Below, piece after piece: positions 39,001 to 51,000 of a stretch of 54,923 nt of DNA; the stretch's first letter is position 1, and each line of letters begins with the position of its first letter. The notes under the pieces were generated by a model that searched no databases, was not told the DNA's origin, and saw nothing but the letters and a program-made list of their open reading frames with translations. Both the position numbers and the translations under genes were made by a program. The stretch lies in contig JBFZAG010000152.1 of assembly GCA_041309145.1 (NCBI GenBank), positions 1 through 54,923 of the forward strand. Reading direction: 5' to 3'. Source of the stretch: Candidatus Omnitrophota bacterium. Lineage in GTDB: Bacteria > Omnitrophota > Gorgyraeia > Gygaellales > Profunditerraquicolaceae.

Positions 39001-42000
39001 CGACAGTGCTGGAGATCATGGGGCTGGAAAAACCGCGGGAGATGACCGGAGCAAGCTTGATCTTCAGAAATAAAAATTTTGGCTCGGATGAAAGCGGTTT
39101 CCTTAAAGACGGCGGGGAGCGCCAGACAGAACTGGCGGATTTTTCACTTAATATGACAATTGCTAATTCCCGTTTAGCTATTAAAGAAAACTTGGGAGTC
39201 GCTGAACTGATGCTCCTTGATGAATTTGAGCGTTTCGCGGCCCAGGTAAAAGCCGTGTCTATTACGAATCCCAGGATAAGAACCGACCGCCAAAAGTATA
39301 ATTACGAAGGTATTGTGTTCATTGAATTGCGGGAAATTACTCCGGGCTTATTTTCTTACCAGGAAGATGCCGGCATTAAGAAGAGACTGACAAAAACAGA
39401 TTTTTACAGGCTGATAGCCGGAAAGCTCTCTCAAAATTATAAAAAAGCAGATGCTTTTGCCTGGTTGAGAGAAGGGAAAATTAAATACGCGATAAACGGA
39501 AAATTTGCGGAGATCGATGCGCAAGATAAAATTGTCCAGAGCGCTTATCCGATGGCCGAGTACGAGCCGGGGTATATCAATCTTTATCTGTTGCTTGAGA
39601 TCATCATGCTGGCTAAACAGGGTTTTATCGGAATGAAGGAGTTATCGCGGCTCGAATGGAAAGCGATTTTTAATCCCGGGGTTTGGAAAAGCAAGGAAAC
39701 ATACCGCGAAACCGATTCCCGCGGTTTTGAGCAGGTTATCTGGCACCGACTTTTCATACCCTCAGAGATACTTAAAGACTTCATCAGCCGTTACGACAAG
39801 ATCAACCGGGATTATTGGTGGCTGGTAAGAGTCGATCCGTCAGGAAAGATCCTGGAGACTAACCCGGCTTTCGGATCCTGGCTGATGGATATCGCCCGGG
39901 AAAACGAAAAAGACGGAGGCAAAGATCTTCTCATTGAAGAAATCAACAGATCCACGGCGCAGGAGTTAGAGGCTTTAGGAAAAAAATTGGCTTTAAACGA
40001 GTATCAAGGGTTAGCAAATTTTGACCCGCGGACCCAGGCGGAAATAGCTTTTGCTTTCCTGAAACGGTTGTCCGCGGTTATGTCCCAGGAGGAAAGGGTA
40101 TTCCGGATACAAGCCGCCGATATCAAGCCTGTCAATTTTTTCGATCTTATCATTGCCCTTCCTGAAATGCTTAGGCTAGCCGGCAGATTGTTCGGGGGAA
40201 GGGAGTCCCGTTCCCGCTATTCTCCGGATACAATACGCCGCCAAGCTTTCATCACCAGCCAAGAACTTCGTCCTTTACAGGAAAAATACGGATTTGCCTA
40301 CGGCCGGACCTTCTCCGGTATGATCAATAGAATTGCTATCTTCCTGGGTATTAGTGAAACTGTTTTGATCGGCAAGCCGGATGTGCTGGCATTGTTGTAT
40401 TTGAATTCTTTTATGGTGAAAATAGGCGATAATCTTCTGGATAAGAAGCTGAAAGACGAGTTTATCCAGATGGAATCACAGGGACAAACAGTAACTAGGG
40501 AGCAGCTTGAGCGTCTATCAGGATTAGCCGGAGAAGTCACGCTTCGAACTTACGTAATTGCCGATTCAGTAGGTTCAACCCCGATGCTCCGGGCCCTTAA
40601 TACCATGCTCTATGAAGCCATGCTTTCCGTTTTTGACGATCAACGCAAAGTTCAGGCAGAAGACAGGACTGGTATTGATGGGGTCGCCGGTAATCACTAC
40701 ATAAAGAATTCTCCTGCCTACGTATTCTATGATTATGTTTTACGCCAGAATTATCCGGTTGATCAGAGCGTAGAGGATAGCATTAAACATTTTAATGGCA
40801 TGATGGAGTTTATGCAGATGGCTGATGATTTGAAAGATTTTGCGCAGGATCTGGGCCGCCAGCCAAATGCGGTGGTAGCTGCTGCTGTCGAAACCGGAGT
40901 ATACCCGCAATTGCGCGCCGCAATTATGCATCAGCAATGCCCGGTCGATCCTTTTGTGCGTTATTTATGGCTGAGAAAGAATTTTCCGGAAGCGTGGAAG
41001 AGGTTTTATGAAGCGTATGAAGCCAGCGCCGACAGATTTAATCGTTTTATGGCTGAGAAACAGCTTCAAGGTCTGGATAAAGACGGGGTTTTGTGGTGTT
41101 TCAGCATCATGGGGAAACCGAAAACATTCTTCAAAAAACAGTTCCCCGGGATATTGCGAGAGATTGTATTCGGAGCGCATCAGCCGGATGGGGGAGATAG
41201 CTCCGGTATCAACGCTATTGAGCGCGCAAAAAGATGGATACCTTTCTTTATTTTTGTCGGGCCGCTGAGCCTTATGGGCATACCTTGTTTGTTGCTACTG
41301 GGATCAATAGCTCCGGTTTATCTGGCTTTTGTCTATCTGGCATTTATTCCGGCCTCACTGGTTATTTCCAACGTGATCGTGGCAAGATTCGCAGATTTTT
41401 TGCTGCCCCGGACCTCTTTTGAGCGGGATAGTTCGACCAAGACTTTGTTCGGCAGGAGAAAAGTGATGTTTGCCGCCAGCATAATATATGCGGACGCAAC
41501 GTTTGTTTGGCTGGGCGTTCTGCTCTTGGCTCCGCAGTTTGCTTTACCGGCCTTTATTGTTTATCACGCGATGAGCGTTTTCTTCTTTGTGCGGATGCTC
41601 CTGGGCGTCGGGGAAGTTAAGGCCCGGATGACGGTGGCCAACAATTTTATTCCGGTTTTTCAGGGCGTACCGGGCTTTCTGAAGTTTGTGGATTCCCTGC
41701 TGGATTGGCGGGAACTCTCCAGAAATTATTCCAAAATATACGAGTATATTCTTTCCATCGGGGGCTTATTGTCGGGAATTCTGTTTATACCCGCCGAAAT
41801 CGCAGTGGATCTGCTTATCGGCAATAAAGCGGTGCTTGATGAAAAATACAGCATCTTGCAGGCGGTTAAGGGCGGGCATAATAAACTGACGGTATATAAA
41901 GGAGTTCACTTGTTCCTTTCTCAATATGCCGTGGCCCGTGTCACCGGGAACGCCCATGCGGCCCGGATTATCGAACGCGAGGCAATCAAGGCGATCCTCG

Positions 42001-45000
42001 ATGATGACATAATGGATATTGCCGAAGATACCTTCGAGAATAATTTCTTCCTGATGGATGAACAAGCGGCCAGAGAATTCCTGCGTAATCTCGATAACCT
42101 GGACGGCCTGGAACCTTGCGGAACTTGCGATTTCTGCGCCACCCTCAAGCCGTTGCCTTCATTGGAAGAGTACTATCTGCAGCAGAAAGCGCTTTTGGAG
42201 TTGCGTTTGTCCCACGCCAAGGGCAGGATCAAAGTCATTATTTTCGACCTGGATAAAACATTGTATTATTCCTCGGATTTGATGAGACGTTTTGTTGACC
42301 TTCTGGCCGAATATGTTATTGCGAATAAAAAAGACGTTGCCGCAGAAGATGTCAAAACGTTGCTCCGGGAGAACAAAAGCTATATCGCCACTCTCGCGCA
42401 TTACGGGCTGGACGCAGAATCCGCGCGCACTTATCTGTACGACAATATCGATCCGGCGAAGTACCTGAAACCAAATTATGTCCTGCGCAGGACGCTTTTG
42501 GAATTGAAGAATCAATACAGTCTGGCGGTTCTTACCAATAATTATAAATGTGTTGCCGAAAAGATATTAAGCGCCCTGTCTCTCGAGGATTGTTTCTCGG
42601 CGATTATCGGCCAGGAGCAATACGGGTTAGGCCAAGAGAAGCCGCATCCCGAGGCATTCACGACTGTCCTGGATTATTTGGATGTCGATCGAAACCAGGT
42701 GGTTATGGTCGGCGATGAGCTGGAGCAGGACATCAAAGCCGCTCAACGGATGGGCATTAATGCCATTTTGGTCAGTCGCGCCGGCGAAGATATTATCAAG
42801 AATGTGCCGGCAATATTGACGGATCTGGAAAAACAATATTCTTCCGGCAAGATCAAGGATGTTTCTCCTTTGCGCAACCGATTTACCTCTAAGATGGTGT
42901 TTAATCAAAGGAAGTCTTTCAGCTTACTGGGTAACGATAATAGCCGGGAGCTGAGTGATGAATGGGCAACCGCAATGCTATTAGGTAACATTTTTGGCAT
43001 GATGCTGGTAGGGGGTATTTTCTGGGCGCTCGACTTGCCGTTGTCCATGGGTGTTTTAACCGGGGCAATATTAGGTTATGGCTTAGCCCGATTTGCTCCG
43101 TTTATCAATCTCTATTTGACTCATCGCAGGGATTTCAGGTTCATGGAAAGAGTCCTGGATCGGGATTCCCGGGATATTTCGGATGAAATGTTGCAAATGG
43201 CGGCACCCGCATTCGGGGGATTGACCGAAAAATGCCAGCTTAAAATCATCAAAACCTGGCTTTCAGAGGGGCAAAGAGAAAAGGTGCGCAGGTTAATTTT
43301 GACCCCGGGCTGGGAGATATTCCGCAAGAAGACGCTGTTTTTCCAGCTGCCGGATGATGTCCGGAAAGAAATTGACTTCCGGATGATAGAACTTTCCGAG
43401 AAAGACGGCGGAAAAGAAGAAAATCGCCAAGAATTCGTTTTAAGATCGGAAGAAGATTTCAACCATATGCAAAAGCAAATAATCATACTTTTGTTCGAAA
43501 AAGATTTTCTGCATTATCGGGGCTTTCTTGGCGTGCTTAAATTTGCCCGTCATTACAGGATTATTCCTTCGGAATTATATAAAATATTAAAAATAAAAAG
43601 CTCATTATTCGAAGAAGATCTGGGGGGTCAGGAAACGGTTACATCTACCGTGGCAGGTGATCCCGTTTCTCCCCCCGCTTCTTTGAACAAAGACGGCGGC
43701 AATGACGATCAAACAGAGTTGAAGTGGATGGGGAATTGGCTGAGAGCCGTGGAAAAGGATTATCCCGGCGCAACAAAACGGGCGATCAAAACCAAGGTGC
43801 TCTGGTTAAACCAGATGAGCGGCAGTAAAAAAGACGACGCCCGCAAAGAGTTCGTCAGCCGGGTGGGAAGTATCAGGATGGCTAAATATCTGGTAGCGCT
43901 GGAAAGGATCCGGGGATACGCCCAGGCAGTCCTGGCCGCGGATAAGGCAGTCGAAATTCCGCTGATCTCTTATATCCCGATCCCTCCGGCCAAGATGAGG
44001 CGCAGGGTGATCGACGAATTGATCGAGAAAGAGGCCCGGATCAGCAAGAAGAACGCGGAACTTCTTCTGGATCCCACGGCTCTGGAAACGCGCTGGGATG
44101 AGATTTTCGATCCTTTAAGCGAGATCAAAAGAAATGTGTTCAGGGCGATCAACCGGAACGTGGAGAAAAATAAACCGGGGTTGCCTGTTATCGCTGAGCC
44201 TGACCATCAATTTGTGACCGCCTATATCCTGTTCCTGGCTCGGAACAACCAAATAACCACCAAATATAAGATCGACCAGTTCACGGCTTCGACCTTCGGG
44301 GAAATGTTGGAGTTATACAAAAAGGCTGTCGCCAAGCAATCGTACAAAGGCGGCCAATATAATAAGGAAGAAAAAGAGAAGTTAGAAAAAAAGATATTTT
44401 TAAAGAGAGTTCCGGTCCCGGAATTGAGCCGGAGGTTCCAGGTATTCTACGCGCTCCGGCAAAAAGGGGTTGAAGCAAACCCGGCCATGCAGGTAGCTGT
44501 GGCCTCGGATTTCAGGATAAGCAACCAAGTTTATCTGCACCTGCGCAAACAAAAAGATCCTTCAGGGGAACCGTTTACCCAGTCCCAGGCTGCTTCGATC
44601 GCCGCGGCCGCGGAACCCGTGGAAAGCGCGTACCAGGCCATTAAATTGCTGGAACAAGGCGAAAGCAGGAATATTGCCTCTGAGCTGGCTACTTCTTCAA
44701 GTCCTAAAAAGGCGATCAAGATCTATCTTATGCTCAAAGAAAAAACCAGCCTGCCAATGACCCGAATGCTGAAGATCGCTCTTAAGGCCGCCAGCCAAAA
44801 CGCGAATTTGGCGATCAAGAGAAACGAGCTGGACGGGGGATCAGCTTTACGCAAGGCTGAACTGGAATCTGATATAAATCATTTGCGGGAACTTCTTATC
44901 GGCAAGAACCGTTCTCTGGCTCCTCCGCAGAAGAACGCTTTAGCCCAAAAAGACGGCGGTTCAATTGTTCCCCAAAATTTTCTCTCGCTTTGGCAGGCTC

Positions 45001-48000
45001 TTGCCGAAAATAACAGTTTAAAAGATATTTTAGGGATCAGCCATTTGCAGTCAGTCCCGGACAAGGAAGAATATTTGCGTTTAGCTCTTGCCCGGGCAGC
45101 CAATGTTTTATCCCGCCCAACAGATGAAGTTCGCGCCTTTAAAGAAGTTTTCTTTGAAGACAATACGGTCATCCTCAGCTATGTCTTTTCCAAAAAACAG
45201 GTCTTAGTCCGGATCGCTCCCGATAATTTCGCGGATCACCTTACTGATACAGCTAAAATAATTTCTTTCTTCGGCCAGGGAACACGGGCGGATATAATTG
45301 CTGATCCCCAAGAAGTGAAGTCCCTGCTCAAAGAATTGCGTTTATACCGCAGCTATCCGCAGCTATACCAGATAGTTTATAAATTAAATTCTTCAGACCC
45401 GGCCATTGTGGTGGAAGCAATCCGCAGCCTGGAGGCATTACTGACAAAGCCGGTCCTTAAAGATGAAGCCCAGCGCCTTCTGGTGGCCGCATTGGGGATA
45501 GATAATTATCAGGTCCAGCGCCTGGCCCAGGAAATACTGAATAACGCTTTTAGCGGCCGTCCGGCAAGGTTTCCTAAGGCGCAACAAACCATGATCGCCG
45601 CATTAGGAGAAAAATTATCTTTAGCTAATATAGTTATCAAGGTCGGATTTAATCCTCTTAGACAAAAAGACAAGCTCCTGCGTTTCAAAGCCCAGCTGGC
45701 TTGCTCCAGCAATTACTCTAAAAAGATAACTTTTTATGACCTGGCTATAACCCCGGAAAGCGATGATTCCCTGAAACTGGCAGTAGCGCAAGCCGGCAGT
45801 TTGATCGAAGCCAATATGGGAATTGTCAATCTGGCCTTGCGAATAAGCCGGAATAACGGCCGCAGCTGGGAATATGTTGCCGGCTATGGGGCCAATGCGA
45901 CGATATTCTTTCAGCCGGATATTAAAGGCACAATGATCTATCAGGTCTGGCCGGCGCAGCTGGGGGTGTATGACCGATCGGGCCAGGTAAGCTATGATGA
46001 AACCGGAAGGGCTGTTCCCGGAAATTTCCAGACTGTTGAGAACATATTGCCGGAACTGAAGGCCCGAGGTTATACCAAGATCTATCTGATGGGCATCTAT
46101 CAATTGGACAAGCCGGAGAATATTATCGGCCAGGTCGGTCCGGACGCCTCATTGTTCTCTCCTTTAAGCTTCAGGGTGAGCAAAGAATTAGGCGGGGAAA
46201 AAGGGTTGGAAAAATTGATCAAAAAAGCCAGGGAGCAATTCGGCATAGGCATACTGGTCGATATTATTCCTCATGTGAACCAGAATTTCCGCGATCTTCC
46301 TGAATGGGCCATGGTTAAAGTCCGCAGAGGCACAGACAATAAGATCATCCGCAGGCTGGCTACTGACGGAGCGATCAACCATGAAAACGGCCTGCCCGTA
46401 GAGTGGCATGATTCAGTGATGCTGAACTGGCGGGACAAGCGGGTAGCCCAGGCTTACGCAGAGCTGTTGAAGCGTTTAGCCAAGCTGGGAATACAGGGGG
46501 TCAGGATCGATGTCGCCCATAACTTCGGATCAATGCTACCGGTGGATAATGGCTTGAAGAGCAAGCAAAAGCTTTTCGGCCTGGTTACTTCCTGGGAAAG
46601 GAACGAGTCCGGCGGGTTTAAAATCGTCAACGCCTGGGATAATGATCAGGCTAACCCGATCTTGCTGTATCTGGTTTCCCAGGTCAACCGGGAATATCCC
46701 GAATTCTTGTTTATCGGAGAAAACTACGGCAAGTACGTACAGGTGATCAAATCCGGAGTGGTCCCCATGGATTCCGGGACCCATGATGATCTGGAAAAAG
46801 TCATTCTGAAACAGGCTTCGGTCAAAGCAATCCTGAACGGACACTTCCGCTGGCTGTTCGCTGATCTGCCGCAAGGAAGCCAGCTGGTTTCGGCCCTGGA
46901 AACCCATGATTATTTCCGGGCCATGGATAAATGGCAAAGCTACGGAGCGCAAAAAATAAAAGCAGCGATCTGGGCCTGGCTGGCGACCACCCGGGGAGCG
47001 ATCTCGGTCTACAACCGCCAGGAGATCGGCGAGGTCCACAGGATCCGGATCGACAATTACACCAAGCATGATTACCAAGAAGCCGACCAACAGCGCTACT
47101 ACGCTCAGCTGGAATTTGAAAATAAATTCAAGGAAACCATCCAGGAATTTTACGGCCGGGCATTGAAATTGTATAAAGATCATCCCGCTATCAGCCAGGG
47201 GGCGAATTACATATTCGAAACGGATAACGACCGGGTATTCGCGATCGCCAGGTACGATGAAAAAGAAAACTTCATATTTGTAATAAATATGGGTTGGGAA
47301 ACCACCAAAGTTCACATAAATCTTTCAAGCCTCTGGCCGGCTTTAGGGGTCGTTGATTCAAGAAATGAATTTTACCAAGTCGCGGACCTGGAAAACAAAA
47401 TTCAGGAAATATTCACCGGAGAAGAATTAAGAGCGCAGAATATCGAAGTCACCCTCACTTCTTACGGAATTTCAATTGTAAGCGTCAAACCGGCCTTAGA
47501 AAACAGCGGCACTCGGCAGGACGGAGGCAAAGAGGATCTAGTTATTATCGCTTTGCGGGACGCTATAAATCGTTACGCATCCCAGGAGCGGGCTGTACGC
47601 ACGTCGGCCAACTACGCTTTTGTCCAGCTTGAGGAAGCGGTCCTGGAAAACGATCAAAGCAAGTTTAACGAGCGTTTTATTCAGCTGGCCAAGTTCGTTG
47701 AAGGCGAAGAGCGCTTCGGCGATCTGTACGCCGGAGACCTGACTTTGCTGATGCATGAATTATTGGGCAAGCACGCGGATAAAGAGGATACGGTCAAAGG
47801 CCTTTTGTCCCAAGCCGCGCAAACTTTTAAAGACGCGACAGCAAAAACAGTAATTGAAAAAGTGATCCGCTGGATAGACATAGGAGTCGTGGTCTCTGTA
47901 TCTTCTGAAGCAGCGCCTGTTTCCAAGGCAGGAGGCATGGCCAATGTGGTAGGAGAGAAGACCCAGGAGCTGGCCAAATCAGGATTAAAGGTCTACATTG

Positions 48001-51000
48001 TCAGCGACCTTTATCAGGATACTGAAAAAGGCCCGGGCCAGAGGGTATATTCCAAGGAAGAAACTATACAAAAATACAATATCCGATATACGGGCAAGAC
48101 TTTGTCGGTCTATATGGGCAGGCACGGCCAGTTCCCCGCAGGACTTGCCAGGACCAAGATCAACGGGGTTGAATATTTATTATTGGACCATCCTGCTTTT
48201 GCCGACGCGCTATACGGCTCAGGGGTATCAAAAGAGCACGAGTTGCTGCGGTCGATATTCCTTTGTTTCGGGGCCCTGGAAGCATTAAAAGCCAGCCACG
48301 TATATCCGCAGATCGTGATCGGCAATGACTGGATGTGCGCGCCTTTAATGGCCCACTTGAACTCAGCGCGTTCCGCGTATAAACATGATCCGCATTTCAT
48401 AAATACAACAACGATCGGCTGGGTGCATAACAACGGCCAGGATTACCAATTCAAGGTAGGGCGTTTCCAGGATGGAATCGACCTGTTGAGCAACCTGGGA
48501 TTGCCCGCGGAAGATTTCGGCTGGTTCATTGACCCGCACCGTTCGGAATTAATAAATCTTATGGCGGCGTTTATCCGGCATTCTCATTTCGTAGTGGCGG
48601 TAAGTCCGGGTCAAATGCAGGATTATCTGCGCAGCGACGATAAAGGCTGCGGAGAAGGCCTGAGCCATATTTTGCGGGAAAAATGGCAGCAGAAAAGGTT
48701 GTTCGCTATCACTAACGGCGTAGATATCCATAAGATCCAGGGAGAGTGGTTCGGCAAAACACTCTTTGACATACATTCCCAGCGGGATCTGGGAAAAATG
48801 TTAGCCGCCGCAAAAAAAGCTAAACAGCAAGCCCGCGAGGTCATTGCCGATGCCGGATTGTTCTGGCCGGCTTCCGGAGGAAGATCGAGCTTCCTGAACA
48901 AGCGGCATATGGTGGTCAATATGGTTTCCCGGATCACCGAGCAGAAAGGCATGAATTTAGTCGCGCCGTTTGTCCGGCGGGTGATCTCCAGCGGCAGATA
49001 TCCCGAAGTGGTTTTTGTATTCGGGGGCAACGGCGAACGTTTCTGGATGGACCGCTTGAATGAGCTGGTTTACGAATTCCCCGGCAAAGTAGGTTATTCC
49101 AACGGCTTTTTGCCGGATCCGCACCCGCTCAAGGTCTATCAGCGCACCTTCCTGGCCGGCGACCTGTTCATCGCTTTTTCAGTATGGGAACCGGGAGGGA
49201 TCTCTCCCATGGAGGCTCTTGCCTTTGGCGTGCCCTGTTTTGTCTCTGACAAGCAAGGCCTTAAATCTACGGTTAAGACCATAGCCATTCCGGAGTTTAA
49301 CCATATCCCCGGTCTTGACCGGGAGGAAAAAGGTTTTAACGGAGCGCGGGTTCCTGTGTACGAGTGGGATGTTAATTATACCCTGGATAATATAATGTCC
49401 GGCTTTGACCGCCTCTACCGGATGTGGAAGAACAGAAAAACCGACAAAAAATGGAATGAAATGACGATCAACGCGCTGCTCTCGGATAACAGCTGGGAAA
49501 AGTCGGTCAAGGATGTCGAGAACTTATTTAAATACGCCGTAAGCGGCAGCGAAGAATTTTACAATAGATTTTTTCCCGAAGAAAGCCCGGAAAATAAAGA
49601 CGGCGGCGATATCGATCCGATCGTGATTGTTTCGCCGGCGGCGCAGCCTATTTCTTCCGTAGGCGGAATGGATAGAGTGGTCAAAGATATTGCGGTCAGG
49701 CTTGCGGAACGAGGCCACGAGGTGATTATTATTACCCCGCTCTACAAAGATGAGTGGATCGAAAGAATAGCGCATTTAACTGATGCCCAAAGCTATGTGC
49801 CTCCCGAGGAGTTGATAAGAAGATATCAGATCGATTTCTCCGGCCAGGAGAAAGCCAGGTTCAAAATCGGCGGTAATGATGTCTCTTCGGCGGAAGTCGG
49901 CCGGACAAACATAGACGGCGTGGAATATCTCGTGCTCAGAAATAAAGATATCGCCTCTCTTCAGGGCGGCTCTTTTATGGGATATGTCCCGGATCCCGCC
50001 CAGTTTTTGCCGCGCTGGGTATCGCGTTCCTCAATCGCATTTTCCCTGGCCAGCTTAGAGGCAATAAGGACACTCGGCATTTATCCGCGCATCATCGTGG
50101 GCAATGACTGGATGTGCGGGCCTATGGCCGCGTATCTTAAATCTTCCGGATGGCCGTATGCCGGAGATCCTCATTTTGCCTATACGCACAGCATTGCCTG
50201 GGTGCATAACGCAGGCCCGGGATATCAATTCCTGGCCAGCCGTTTTGACCCTTCTACCAAATACGATTTGTTGCTTGATCTGGGATTGCCTGAGCAAGAA
50301 TTGAAATCTTTCGTTGATCCTCATAACCCGAACATGATCAATTTTCTCGGGGCAATGATCCAGAATTCAGATTACGCGGTTACTGTAAGCAAGGGGCAGA
50401 TGCAGGCATTCCTTGAAGAGCCTTTTGGGGTCCATGAACAGTTAATCCAGAAGTCGCGGGAGCGCAGGTTATTTGCAATTGAAAACGGGATATTCCAAAG
50501 AGAAAAGCAAAGAGAGTGGTTTGGGTTATCGGCCTTTGACATTGCCCCGCAGAATACCGCCGCGTTTTTAGATTCCGCCTATAAACAGAAGGCCTTAGCC
50601 CGCAAAAAGATTTTTGACGGTCAATTGTTATACTTCCCGGCCTATGTGGAGAGACACACTCATTATTATGGCATTCCTGAAGAAGTATATCAAAGATACA
50701 ATTCTTTGCCTGCCCGGATAAGTAGAGGGATGGAGTCTGTTCTAAGCGGGGTTTCCGGCCGCACAGATGAAAGTGATTTTGTGGTCACTATGGTCTGCCG
50801 GATAACCGGACAAAAAAATATTCCCCAGGTATGTGATTTTGCAAAGATCATCCTGAATGACAGAAGATATAACTCTGTGAAGTTTATTTTTGCGGGCGAA
50901 GGCGACCGGTATTATATGAAATGGCTTCTTGGGTTAGCCGCAGACTACCCCGAACGGGTGAGGTATTCCTATTCATTTGTGACAGAAGAAACAAAGAATT

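Noticed and set aside
46536-47315. 259-aa minus-strand ORF, the longest in the track
   Set aside because: It lies antisense to the GH13 domain, whose four conserved regions read cleanly in + frame 3. Its translation has no recognisable motif and looks like a shadow ORF produced by the codon bias of the opposite strand.
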